The notes under the pieces were generated by a model. It ran no database searches and had not been told where the DNA came from. It saw nothing but the letters and a program-made list of their open reading frames with translations. The position numbers and the translations under genes were made by a program. From Chthoniobacterales bacterium (GTDB lineage Bacteria > Verrucomicrobiota > Verrucomicrobiia > Chthoniobacterales > Chthoniobacteraceae), in NCBI GenBank assembly GCA_038207335.1, contig JBBQZX010000018.1:49691-113690 (forward strand): DNA of 64,000 nt, read 5' to 3'. Shown here one piece after another: positions 28,327-37,615 of the stretch. Every line of letters begins with the position of its first letter. Position 1 is the first letter of the stretch.

Positions 28327-29400
28327 ATGCAGAAATCCGATGGAATGAATTACGCCCCCGAGGGCATCCCCGCGCCCGTCGTCGAAAAAGGCGAGTTCCC
28401 TTTTGCTGCTATTGCGCTCGATCACGGACACATTTACGGCCAGTGCAAGGGGATCATCGAGGCGGGTGGCGACCTGCGGTTCGTCTATGACCCCGACCCG
28501 TTGAAGGTGGAGAAATTCTGCAAAACCTTTCCCTCCGCTGAGCCAGTCGCGAGCTTGGAAGCGATCCTCGAAAAGCCGGAAATTAAGCTGGCTGCCGCCG
28601 CCGCGATTCCGAGCGAACGCGGCCCGCTCGGGATGCGCGTGATGGATGCAGGGAAGGATTACTTCACCGACAAGGCACCCTTTACCACGCTCGCGCAGCT
28701 CGACACCGCACGGGCGAAAGTCGCGGCGACAGGGCGAAAATATGCCGTCTATTTTAGCGAGCGACTGCATGTGGAGTGCGCGGTGCGCGCAGGGCAGCTC
28801 ATCGAGCAGGGCGCGATCGGGCGCGTCGTGCAGGTGATGGGACTCGGGCCGCATCGCTGCTCGCCGAGCACGCGGCCGGACTGGTTTTGGTCGAAGGAAA
28901 AAACGGGCGGGATTTTGTGCGACATCGGCTCGCATCAGTTCGAGCAATTCCTCCACTACACCGGGGCCAAAAGCGCGACGGTCGTGAACGCGCAGGTTGC
29001 GAATTATCACCACAAAAACTTCCCGGAATTCGAGGACTGGGGTGAGGCGAATCTCGTCGCGGACAATGGCGCGACGAATTACATCCGCGTCGATTGGCTG
29101 AATCCCGACGGACTGCGGACATGGGGCGACGGCCGCACATTCATCCTCGGCACCGCGGGCTACATAGAGCTGCGCAAATACGTCGATGTGGGTCGCGAAT
29201 ACGAAGGCGACCAGCTTTACCTCGTCGATCACGACGGCGAGCAGCACATCCGCTGTCACGGCCAGGTCGGCTACCCGTTCTTCGGCGGGCTCATCCTCGA
29301 CTGCCTAAATCGCACCGAACTCGCGATGACGCAGGAGCACACATTTCTCGCCGCCGAGCTGTGTCTGCAGGCGCAGGAAATGGCACGGCGGATCGAGTAA
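28327..29400 (+). CDS. Gfo/Idh/MocA family oxidoreductase
   Basis: LDHGHIYG, FTDKAP, GGILCDIGSHQ, TWGDGR. Confidence 0.9.
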   Translation: MQKSDGMNYAPEGIPAPVVEKGEFPFAAIALDHGHIYGQCKGIIEAGGDLRFVYDPDPLKVEKFCKTFPSAEPVASLEAILEKPEIKLAAAAAIPSERGPLGMRVMDAGKDYFTDKAPFTTLAQLDTARAKVAATGRKYAVYFSERLHVECAVRAGQLIEQGAIGRVVQVMGLGPHRCSPSTRPDWFWSKEKTGGILCDIGSHQFEQFLHYTGAKSATVVNAQVANYHHKNFPEFEDWGEANLVADNGATNYIRVDWLNPDGLRTWGDGRTFILGTAGYIELRKYVDVGREYEGDQLYLVDHDGEQHIRCHGQVGYPFFGGLILDCLNRTELAMTQEHTFLAAELCLQAQEMARRIE

Positions 29401-29441
29401 TCGCGGTGGACAGAGCCGATGCGTCGGGTAAAAGCCAGCCC

Positions 29442-29561
29442 ATGAAATCGCTCTTCACCGTGCTCTCAATCGTCGTTGTCGCACTCACGTTCACCGCCTG
29501 CCAAAGCGCGCCGAAAAAACAATGCTGCTCAACCGGCGGCACCTGCGCGGTCAAGAAGTAG
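29442..29561 (+). CDS. 39-aa Cys-rich lipoprotein
   Basis: MKSLFTVLSIVVVALTFTA|CQSAPKKQCCSTGGTCAVKK; lipobox-like FTAC; fills the intergenic gap. Confidence 0.72.
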   Translation: MKSLFTVLSIVVVALTFTACQSAPKKQCCSTGGTCAVKK

Positions 29562-29570
29562 CGTCGCTTT

Positions 29571-30719
29571 TTACCACTCCGCGACCACGCCGTCCTCGGT
29601 GCGCCAGACGGGGTTCCGCCAACGGTGCCCGACTTTCGCGGCCTCGCGGACTTTCGCCTCGTCGATGTCGATGCCGAGGCCGGGCTTCGTGAGGAGATCG
29701 ACGAAGCCGTCGCGGTAGTGGAAGACGCTGGGGTCGGCGAGGTAGTCGAGAACGTCGCTGCCTTGATTGTAGTGGATGCCGAGCGACTGCTCCTGAATAA
29801 AGGCGTTAGGCGTGCAGAAATCGACCTGAAGCGAGGCGGCGAGGCAGATGGGACCGAGCGGGCAATGCGGCGCGAGCGCGACGTCATAGGCCTCGGCCAT
29901 CGTCGCGATTTTCTTCAGCTCGCTGATGCCGCCGGTGTGCGAGACATCGGGCTGGATGATGTCAGCGCCGCCGCTGGCGAGCAGCGTTTTGAAACCCCAG
30001 CGCGTGAACTGCCGTTCGCCCGTCGCGATCGGGATTGATGACGTGCGGCGCAGGTCGAGCAGAGCTTCGTTGTTTTCGGCGAGCACGGGTTCCTCGATGA
30101 AAAGCGGGCGCACGCTTTCCAGCTCGCGCATGAGCAGCTTCGCGGTGCCTTTGTGGACGCGGCCGTGGAAGTCGATCGCGATGCCGAAATCCGGCCCGCA
30201 CGCCTCGCGAATCGCCACCGCGCGCGCGACGGCTTCGCTGATTTTTCGCGGCGAGCCGATCCACTCGACCTCCTCGGTGCCGTTCATTTTGATCGCGGTG
30301 TAGCCCTGCTCTTTTTTTGCGAGCGCTTCCTTTGCCACGTCGTCGGGGCGGTCGCCGCCGATCCACGCATAGACGCGAATTTTCTCGCGCACCGCGCCGC
30401 CGAGCAGCTCGTACACAGGCACGCCGAGCGCCTTGCCTTTGATGTCCCACAGCGCCTGGTCGATGCCGCTCATCGCGCTCATCAGCACCGGACCGCCGCG
30501 GTAAAATCCACCGCGGTAGAGCACTTGCCAAAAGTCCTCGATGCGGCGCGCGTCTTTGCCGATGAGGAAATCGCTCATCTCCTCGACTGCCGCGCGCACG
30601 GTGTCGGCCTTGCCCTCGACGACGGGTTCGCCCCAGCCAACCAAGCCGGACTCGGTCGTGAGCTTGAGAAAGCACCAGCGCGGGGCGACGATGAATGTTT
30701 CGAGGGAGCGGATTTTCAT
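29571..30719 (-). CDS. dgoD: Galactonate dehydratase (mandelate racemase family)
   Basis: MKIRSLETFIVAPRWCFLK, GWGEPVVEG, FYRGGPVLMSA, DFHGRVH, FIEEP, APHCPLGP, QEQSLGIHYN, WRNPVWR..DG.VAEW. Confidence 0.93.
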   Translation of the reverse strand: MKIRSLETFIVAPRWCFLKLTTESGLVGWGEPVVEGKADTVRAAVEEMSDFLIGKDARRIEDFWQVLYRGGFYRGGPVLMSAMSGIDQALWDIKGKALGVPVYELLGGAVREKIRVYAWIGGDRPDDVAKEALAKKEQGYTAIKMNGTEEVEWIGSPRKISEAVARAVAIREACGPDFGIAIDFHGRVHKGTAKLLMRELESVRPLFIEEPVLAENNEALLDLRRTSSIPIATGERQFTRWGFKTLLASGGADIIQPDVSHTGGISELKKIATMAEAYDVALAPHCPLGPICLAASLQVDFCTPNAFIQEQSLGIHYNQGSDVLDYLADPSVFHYRDGFVDLLTKPGLGIDIDEAKVREAAKVGHRWRNPVWRTEDGVVAEW

Positions 30720-30758
30720 TCTTTCTAAGAGCGCGCATGGTTCCGCATTCTCCGAAGC

Positions 30759-31622
30759 ATGACAAGAATCCCCACCCTCCTTTCCGCCGCGCTCGCCGCC
30801 CTCGCGATGAACACGATCGCTCATGCCGTTCCGATCCCGGACGACGCAAAAACCAACGGCTTCGCCATCGGCTGCCAAGCTTATACCTTCAATCGCTTCA
30901 CCGTCTTCGAGGCCATAGAGAAGACGGCGGCGGCAGGCGGCAAGGTGATCGAATTTTATCCCGGCCAAAAACTCAGCAAGGATGAGCCGAACGTGAAATG
31001 GGATCACAACGCGCCGGATGAAGTGGTCGCGAAGGTGAAAGCGAAGCTCGCGGAGCACAAAATCCGCGCGGTGAATTATGGCGTCGTCGGCATCCCAAAA
31101 GAAGAGGAAGGGGCGCGGAAAATTTTCGAGTTCGCGAAGAAAATGGGACTCTACGGCGTTACGACGGAATCGACGGACGCGATCGATACGATCGAGAAAA
31201 TGGTGAAGGAATACGATATCCGCGTCGGCTTCCACGATCACCCGCGCCGCCCAGACCATCCCGAGTATCGGATGTGGGATCCCTATTACATCCTCGAGGT
31301 GTGCAAGGGTCGCGACCCGCGGATCGGCGCGTGCGCGGACACCGGCCACTGGCAGACTTCAGGACTGAATCCGCTGTGGTGTGTGAAGACACTGAAAGGC
31401 CGCATCATCAGCAGCCATCTCAAGGACAAGGAGGCGTTTGGCCAGAGCCACGATGTACCGTACGGCACGGGCGTCGGCGAGGTCGGCGCGATCCTCAACG
31501 AATACAAGGCGCAGGGATTCGAGGGGAATATTTCCATCGAATACGAGTATAACTGGGACAACTCGCTGCCGGAGGTGACGAAGTGCATCGACTTCGTGCG
31601 CGAGCACAAAGCGGCGAATTAA
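30759..31622 (+). CDS. Sugar phosphate isomerase/epimerase (xylose isomerase-like TIM barrel), exported
   Basis: Signal peptide; ADTGHW, SHLKD, SIEYE. Confidence 0.88.
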   Translation: MTRIPTLLSAALAALAMNTIAHAVPIPDDAKTNGFAIGCQAYTFNRFTVFEAIEKTAAAGGKVIEFYPGQKLSKDEPNVKWDHNAPDEVVAKVKAKLAEHKIRAVNYGVVGIPKEEEGARKIFEFAKKMGLYGVTTESTDAIDTIEKMVKEYDIRVGFHDHPRRPDHPEYRMWDPYYILEVCKGRDPRIGACADTGHWQTSGLNPLWCVKTLKGRIISSHLKDKEAFGQSHDVPYGTGVGEVGAILNEYKAQGFEGNISIEYEYNWDNSLPEVTKCIDFVREHKAAN

Positions 31623-31641
31623 TCGACCGCAAATCAAGTCT

Positions 31642-31672
31642 GGGCGGGCATCGGAAGGTGCCCGCCCTTTTT
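31642..31672 (+). terminator. Intrinsic terminator
   Basis: gggcgggcat-cggaa-ggtgcccgccc followed by ttttt. Confidence 0.85.
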
Positions 31673-31676
31673 GCGT

Positions 31677-32639
31677 CTAGATCATTCCGCGCGCTTCGAG
31701 CATCGCGAATGCCTCCGCGCAGACACGCTCCGTGGTGATCTGCGCGAAGTCGCCGGCGGGGGCTTCGAGGATTTGCACGCGAGGATTTGCAGGCGCCCAG
31801 ATGGCGGGATCGGTCGCGCCGAACAGCAGGACGCAGGGCGTTCCGACGGCTGCAGCGAGGTGTGAGATGCCGCTGTCGTGGCCGAGGAAAAGCGAGGCAT
31901 TTGCGAGCACTGCTGCGAGGTGCGGGAGAGGCAGGTCGCGGGCGAGCACAAAGTCTCCGGCTGACGCAAACCCGAAGTCGTTGAGCGCGGCATCATCCGC
32001 CTCGCCGCCAACCAGCAGAATCTGAGGATGCGGCGCTGTGTCGAGCAGCGCGTGTGCGACGGCAGCCCAGCGCGCTGCGGGCCAGTTTTTCCGCGTGCTG
32101 CCGCTGCCGGGATGGATCGCGATCAGTGGGCAGCGAGCGGCATGGAGAAACTCCTCGGCAAAGAGACGGTCCCCGACGCTCGGGAATATCTCGGCGGCGT
32201 GGTTTTCGAGATACAGCGCGAGCCGATCGAGAGGGCGTGCGAGCTGGATCGCGGCGTGCGCGGAGTCGTCGATGCGCGAGTATGCGGCGAGGATGTTGCG
32301 CGCTCCGGCGCGGCGAAGATTGGCCTCGAAGTGGCCATTCGGATCGTAGAGGTAGCTGACGATTTGCTGGAAGCTGGCGAAGTACTCGACGAGTTCCGGC
32401 GCGAGTTCGGCACCGGGTGTGAAGAAGGCGGCCATCGGCGCGTATTCGATCGAACGCGTGGCGTCGGCATAAAAACGGCCCTCGGCAAGCGCAACGATGT
32501 GCTTGTAGCCGAGGATTTCGAGATGCGCGCCGGGGAAATTTTCGCGCAGCAATCGAATTGACGGGAGCGTGAGGATGAAGTCCCCGATCGCACCGCCGCG
32601 GATGACAAGGATGCGAGGCTGCTGCGGCATCGGAGTCAT
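31677..32639 (-). CDS. Glycosyltransferase family 9 (ADP-heptose:LPS heptosyltransferase-like)
   Basis: ILVIRGGAIGDFILTLP, IHPGSGSTRKNW, GHDSGISHLAAAVG, LFGAT. Confidence 0.92.
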   Translation of the reverse strand: MTPMPQQPRILVIRGGAIGDFILTLPSIRLLRENFPGAHLEILGYKHIVALAEGRFYADATRSIEYAPMAAFFTPGAELAPELVEYFASFQQIVSYLYDPNGHFEANLRRAGARNILAAYSRIDDSAHAAIQLARPLDRLALYLENHAAEIFPSVGDRLFAEEFLHAARCPLIAIHPGSGSTRKNWPAARWAAVAHALLDTAPHPQILLVGGEADDAALNDFGFASAGDFVLARDLPLPHLAAVLANASLFLGHDSGISHLAAAVGTPCVLLFGATDPAIWAPANPRVQILEAPAGDFAQITTERVCAEAFAMLEARGMI

Positions 32640-32701
32640 ACGCAAGCAGCGGTGGCGCGATCAAGTGCTCAGACTCTCAAGACAGCGGCACAGCCGCACG
32701 G

Positions 32702-32872
32702 TCAGTTGCTCTGCGGGTTGAAGCCGCCGAGTGCCCCCTGCCCCTCCCACTTTTCCGGGCGGTTCCACGGGATCGTGCTCACCCGGTTCGGATCCTCACT
32801 CTGGGAAGTCGCGCAACCGGAGGCGGCCAGCAGCGTCAAGGCGAGAAAGAGGAGCGCGAAAAAGCGGGCCAT
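32702..32872 (-). CDS. 56-aa lipoprotein (below ORF-track cut-off)
   Basis: Hand translation MARFFALLFLALTLLAASG|CATSQSEDPNRVSTIPWNRPEKWEGQGALGGFNPQSN*; lipobox ASGC; co-oriented with both neighbours. Confidence 0.82.
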   Translation of the reverse strand: MARFFALLFLALTLLAASGCATSQSEDPNRVSTIPWNRPEKWEGQGALGGFNPQSN

Positions 32873-32895
32873 GCAGTTTTCGAAGCATAGCGCGA

Positions 32896-33687
32896 TTAGC
32901 GCTTCAACTCCAGCACGACCGTGTCGCCGGGTTGCACGCTCTGGCCTTTAGCGAGCGTGCCGGGGATGACGTCGGCGATGGAAGTCGCAGGCTCAACAGT
33001 CGTGACTTTGACCTTCGCAATCGGCTGTCCGCCACGCGTGACTAGCATCTGCGCGTTGTTCTTAAGCCCTGCACGGTCGCCGATGCTGAGAACCACAAAA
33101 TTCCACCCGGCATTGAATGCCAGCACGCGTCCGGTGAGGCCGGGCTTGGAAATCTCCTGCTTGTATTCCTGAACGACGCGCTGGGTGGAAGACAGCTTCC
33201 CTTCGGTGTCCTTCTTCGACGCTTCGAGCGAAATGTTGACCTGCTTCATTTCCGCGAGTTCGGTTTGATTTTTCGCGAGCTGCGCCTCCATGTCTTGGAC
33301 CTTCGCTTTGATTTCCTCAGGATTGATCCCCTTGAATGCTTCTTGAATCTTGGCCAAATCGGCGGCGTACTTGTCGGCTTCCGCGGTCTTATCCTCGAGG
33401 GCCTTCGTCGCGTCCGCGAGCTTTTTGGTCGTGTCCTCAAGGTCGCTCTTCAGCTTCGTGATTTGCATCTCACGATCCGCGAGCGTCGCTTTCGTCGTCT
33501 CGAGTTCCTCTTGAGTCGCTTTCAACGTGGCCTCGGTTTTCGCGAGCTTGTCCTTGGTCGCAGCGAGCGTCTGTTTGGTCTGCTTGATGTCCGCTTGCAG
33601 CGCGACGACTTTGACTTTGGTTTCGTAGCCGAGGTACGCGGTTCCAGCGATGAGCAGGAGTGCAAAGCCGAGGAGGTATTTAGCCAT
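32896..33687 (-). CDS. Membrane-anchored long coiled-coil protein with C-terminal beta domain
   Basis: N-terminal TM, heptad region, C-terminal GWNFVVLSIGDRAGL...VQPGDTV. Confidence 0.85.
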   Translation of the reverse strand: MAKYLLGFALLLIAGTAYLGYETKVKVVALQADIKQTKQTLAATKDKLAKTEATLKATQEELETTKATLADREMQITKLKSDLEDTTKKLADATKALEDKTAEADKYAADLAKIQEAFKGINPEEIKAKVQDMEAQLAKNQTELAEMKQVNISLEASKKDTEGKLSSTQRVVQEYKQEISKPGLTGRVLAFNAGWNFVVLSIGDRAGLKNNAQMLVTRGGQPIAKVKVTTVEPATSIADVIPGTLAKGQSVQPGDTVVLELKR

Positions 33688-33845
33688 ATTTGAGGGTAGC
33701 GGAAATGAAGGGAACCATTTGCGGAGAGTCGCCGCGAGTGGGGTGGGCCGACTTTTAAGCGTCGTTTTTTCACGGATGCAAGCGGTTTCCCCCAAATGTT
33801 CACAAAAGATTTGTGTTCACTCCTCCCCGCGCCATATTCCGCGCT

Positions 33846-33939
<94 letters not shown>

Positions 33940-34139
33940 CTTTTTTTGCCCGCGCAGTCGCGCCACGAAGATTTTGACCGACGGATTTCGCGGATGCGCG
34001 AATATTTTGAAAAGTGAAAACCGTGTGGTGTGCGACATCCGCGGTCGTTTCCGAGCGGTCCGATTTTCAAAATCACGTCTCGCGAGAGGCGACCATTTTG
34101 CGATTGGCGGCGGCAGGCGGCTCCCCTTAATTCCGCCCC

Positions 34140-35378
34140 ATGTTTCGCAGCGGCGCCCATTTTGCCATCCTCGTGCTGGTGATCGGCCTCGTCCTGATGC
34201 GGGAAGCGCGGCAGGAGCCGGTGCGGCAGATCGACGAGGCATTCGCGGACTTTCTCTCGCGCAATAGCCACCGCTCCGAGGAGCCCGTGCCGCTCACGCT
34301 CGTGGAGATCAACGAGGCGAGCATGAAGGGGCATCCGTGGCCGTGGACGCCGCTCGATTTTGCTCTCTTTTTTCAAGCGGCAAATAACTTCGAGCCGGAT
34401 GCCCTCGCGACGGATGAAGTGCTGCGCTGGGACGACCGGGCGGGGCGCGCGGATCTGCAAAACAAGCTGCCCCAATACAAGACGATTCTGCGCGAGCATT
34501 TGCTGCGAGCGCGGCGCGTTCTGCTCGGCGCGCAGCTCGGCTTTCCCGCAGATCCCGAAATCATCCCGCCACTCGAGGAAGTGCCACTCGTGAGGAATGT
34601 GCGCGGCGATTTGAGCGCTGTGCCGGAGTTCACCACGATCAAGGCTCAGGCCGAGGAGGAGTTCCGGCTTTCCAGCACGACAGGCTTCACAAATCTCATC
34701 GATAAAACGCGCGCGCTGCACTCCGTCCCGCTGCTGCTGCGATACCGCGGGCAGGTCGTCCCATCGTTCGTTTTGCAGGCGCTCATGATCTGGGAAAAGC
34801 TGACGCCCGACGATTTGCAGATCGTCGGCGGCGAGCACATCCGCGTCGCGGATCGATTCGATATTCCGATCGATGCGAGGGGTGAAATGCGCGTCGATTT
34901 CGGAGTCCCGCGAGGTCGCTGCGGATTCGACGAACTCGTGCTTGCAAGCGCACAGGCCGATGCGAAAACGCCGACGAATATTCCGCTGGAGACGATCAAC
35001 GGGCGCTTTCTGTTGCTCGCGCGCACCGATGCGGAGTCGCGTAACTTGCACTTCGCAGCGGGTCGCCACGGCTCGGTCGGCGAGCTTTTTGCAGCGGCGA
35101 TCGCCACGTTGCAGAGCCGGTCGTTTCTGCATCGCGCTCCGGCGTGGATGGAGTTCGCAACCATCGCACTGGCGATGCTGGGCGGCTGGTTCGCGCCGCG
35201 CTGGAGCCGCTCGCGGGTCTTCGCCGCGTGCGCTGTCGGCGTGATCATCTACGTGATGGTTGCGATGTCGGTTTTCAGCGCGAGCCTGACATGGATGCCG
35301 CTCATGTTGCCCGCGGGCCTCGCGCTTTTCATCGCGACGTATCGAATGGTCAGCCCATCGGCTCCGCGAGGCGCGTAG
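34140..35378 (+). CDS. CHASE2 domain membrane protein without a cytoplasmic output domain
   Basis: LTLVEINEAS...WPWTP, GFTNL, VPLLLRYRG..VPSF, IPIDARGEMRVDF; three C-terminal TMs, then stop. Confidence 0.8.
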   Translation: MFRSGAHFAILVLVIGLVLMREARQEPVRQIDEAFADFLSRNSHRSEEPVPLTLVEINEASMKGHPWPWTPLDFALFFQAANNFEPDALATDEVLRWDDRAGRADLQNKLPQYKTILREHLLRARRVLLGAQLGFPADPEIIPPLEEVPLVRNVRGDLSAVPEFTTIKAQAEEEFRLSSTTGFTNLIDKTRALHSVPLLLRYRGQVVPSFVLQALMIWEKLTPDDLQIVGGEHIRVADRFDIPIDARGEMRVDFGVPRGRCGFDELVLASAQADAKTPTNIPLETINGRFLLLARTDAESRNLHFAAGRHGSVGELFAAAIATLQSRSFLHRAPAWMEFATIALAMLGGWFAPRWSRSRVFAACAVGVIIYVMVAMSVFSASLTWMPLMLPAGLALFIATYRMVSPSAPRGA

Positions 35379-35423
35379 CACGGCCCTCACGGCCCTCACG
35401 GCCCTCACGGCCCTCACGGCCTT
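35379..35423. repeat. Intergenic 9-bp tandem repeat (cacggccct x5, last copy imperfect)
   Basis: Read directly; begins immediately after the CHASE2 stop codon. Confidence 0.95.
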
Positions 35424-35491
35424 TACTGGACGCGGCGGAGGCGGGTGCGCCTTGCTTTTGAGAAGTCCCGCCCTAGCTTCCTTGCCCACCA

Positions 35492-37588
35492 ATGGCCCAG
35501 GAACCGAGTATCGAAGAAGCGCGCGGCCGTATCCAACGACTCGTCGAAGAGATCGCAGCGCTCAGCAAAAAGGACGTCCGCAGCGAAGAATATTTCGAGC
35601 AATTCCTCATCCGCGTCGTGCAGGCTTGCGACGCGAAAGGCGGCGCGGTCTGGCTCGTCGGAAAGACGAGCGCTGATGGCAAAAGCGAGTTTCAGCTCGC
35701 GGCTCAAGTCGAGTTCGAGGCGACGCTATTTCAGACTGACGAACAGCAGCGCGCGAACCTCCTCAAATCGCTCTCCGAAGTCGTCCAGAGCAAGCATCCG
35801 ATCGTCTTTGCTCCCGCCCATTCGCAGACCGGGGACAGTTCGCTGCAAAGCCAGCTCCAACAGCTCCAGGGCGCATCGCCTCAACCTGAGGGCAACAAAA
35901 CGCCGTATCCATTTCTGAGCGTTCCGCTCTTTCTCAAAGAGCAAGTCCTCGGCGTGCTGCAGGTCTGGCTTCAGCCATACGTCACGCCGGCGAATTACGC
36001 CGAATTTGCCACATTCCTCACCTCGCTCGCGGCGAATGTGGAGCAGCATCTCCAGTCGCGCCGTCTCGGCTCGCTCGTGCTCGAGACGCAGCGCCTCCAG
36101 CACCTTTTGAAATTCACGAGCGACCTCGCCGGCTCGCTCGATCCGCTCGAGGTCGCGCGCCTCTCCGCCAATTACGGCCGCGACCTCATCGGCTGCGAAC
36201 GCTGTTCAGTGCTTGCTCTCGACGGCGACCGCTGGAAAGTGCTCTCGATTTCCGGGCAGGAAACCGTCGAGAAAAAAAGCTCGATGGTGAAGGCGATGGC
36301 CGCATTCGTCGGCGCGCACTCGCGGCCCGAGTTCGTCACTTTGAGCAAAAAGGAACTGCTCGCTCGCGCAGAAGCCCTGCAAAATTCCAACGGCGAAAGC
36401 GCACCCTTGAACGGCGACGAATCCGCGATCGTGCTGCGCCGCACGGACGCCATCGACCTCGCCTATTTCGAGCTCTCGCATGTCGTCAGCGCGGTCGTCG
36501 CGCCGATGCTAGATGACGATAAGCAGATCGTCGGCGCGTATTTCGCAGAGAGCACGAGCGAGGGATTTTTCGAGCCGCAGCCGGGGTCGAAAGATGCGCC
36601 CGCCGGCAGCCGCGTCGCCGAGTGGCTTTCGACGCACACGAGTCGCTCGCTGCGCAGCGCGGACGAGTATCACTCGCTCCCATTTCTCGGCATCACGAAG
36701 CGCATCCGCGGCACTCGCCAGCTCCTCACCGGGCGCAAGCGCAACCGCACGCTGCTCAAGCTCACGGTCATCCTCGCGATCCTCGCCGTCGTCTGCATCT
36801 ATCCAAAACTCGACCGCGTCGACGGCAACGCATCGCTCGTCCCGATGCACCGCGCCGCGGTCGTGCCCGAGATTCCCGGGCGCATCGAGAAAGTCATCGT
36901 TCGCGAAGGCGACCATGTAAAAAAAGGCGATCCGATCGCGCAGATGGACACCAACCGCATCGAGACCGAACTCGCGACGAACGAGCAGGAAAAACTGCGC
37001 GTCTATGCCGACGCGCAGCGCTACCGCGGAATCGGCGACGAAGCCAGCGCGCAGGTCGCCACGCTCCAGGCGCAGGTCATGGAGCAGAACGAAAAGAAGC
37101 TCCGCGCTGACCTCGAAGCCGCCACGCTCCGCAGCCCGATCGATGGCGTCGTGCTGACCAAAGACATCGAGCAGCACGTCGGCGAATTCATCCAAGCGGG
37201 CGCGGGTTTCGCCGAGATCGCCTCACTCACCGAGTGGGAGCTGCAGGTCGATGTGAACGAAAAGGAAATCGGACGCGTCGAATCCGCACTGCCGAAAAAA
37301 CCGACCGACCCGCCGCTCAATGTGAACTACATTCTCTACAGCCAGAGCGCACATGAACTGCACGCGAAGCTCGCGCGCCACGAGCAAATCAGCGCTGCGG
37401 CCTATCCGCGTGAAAAAGACAACGTCTTCCTCATCACCGCGCAAAACCTCGACATCCCAAAACAAATCCTCCCCGCCATGCGCCCCGGACTCACCGGCCG
37501 TGCGAAGATTGACCTCGGTCGGCGGCCTCTCGTCTGGCTCGTCGGGCAGCGCGTCTGGCATTGGTTTGAAATGCGGATGATCGGCTGA
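35492..37588 (+). CDS. GAF-domain-fused membrane fusion protein (HlyD/efflux adaptor)
   Basis: Two GAF-like N-terminal regions (VPLFLKEQVLGVLQV; IGCERCSV), TM, then VREGDHVKKGDPIA lipoyl half, LRSPIDGVV, MRPGLTGRAKI. Confidence 0.85.
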   Translation: MAQEPSIEEARGRIQRLVEEIAALSKKDVRSEEYFEQFLIRVVQACDAKGGAVWLVGKTSADGKSEFQLAAQVEFEATLFQTDEQQRANLLKSLSEVVQSKHPIVFAPAHSQTGDSSLQSQLQQLQGASPQPEGNKTPYPFLSVPLFLKEQVLGVLQVWLQPYVTPANYAEFATFLTSLAANVEQHLQSRRLGSLVLETQRLQHLLKFTSDLAGSLDPLEVARLSANYGRDLIGCERCSVLALDGDRWKVLSISGQETVEKKSSMVKAMAAFVGAHSRPEFVTLSKKELLARAEALQNSNGESAPLNGDESAIVLRRTDAIDLAYFELSHVVSAVVAPMLDDDKQIVGAYFAESTSEGFFEPQPGSKDAPAGSRVAEWLSTHTSRSLRSADEYHSLPFLGITKRIRGTRQLLTGRKRNRTLLKLTVILAILAVVCIYPKLDRVDGNASLVPMHRAAVVPEIPGRIEKVIVREGDHVKKGDPIAQMDTNRIETELATNEQEKLRVYADAQRYRGIGDEASAQVATLQAQVMEQNEKKLRADLEAATLRSPIDGVVLTKDIEQHVGEFIQAGAGFAEIASLTEWELQVDVNEKEIGRVESALPKKPTDPPLNVNYILYSQSAHELHAKLARHEQISAAAYPREKDNVFLITAQNLDIPKQILPAMRPGLTGRAKIDLGRRPLVWLVGQRVWHWFEMRMIG

Positions 37589-37615
37589 TCCCGCAGCTTA
37601 ACTTTTCTCAGACTC

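Noticed and set aside
34004..34073. 10-bp inverted repeat attttgaaaa/ttttcaaaat upstream of CHASE2
   Set aside because: Short, low-complexity and 50 bp apart; cannot be told from chance without orthologues.
35379..35423. Possible CRISPR array
   Set aside because: Contiguous 9-bp units with no spacers and no cas genes.
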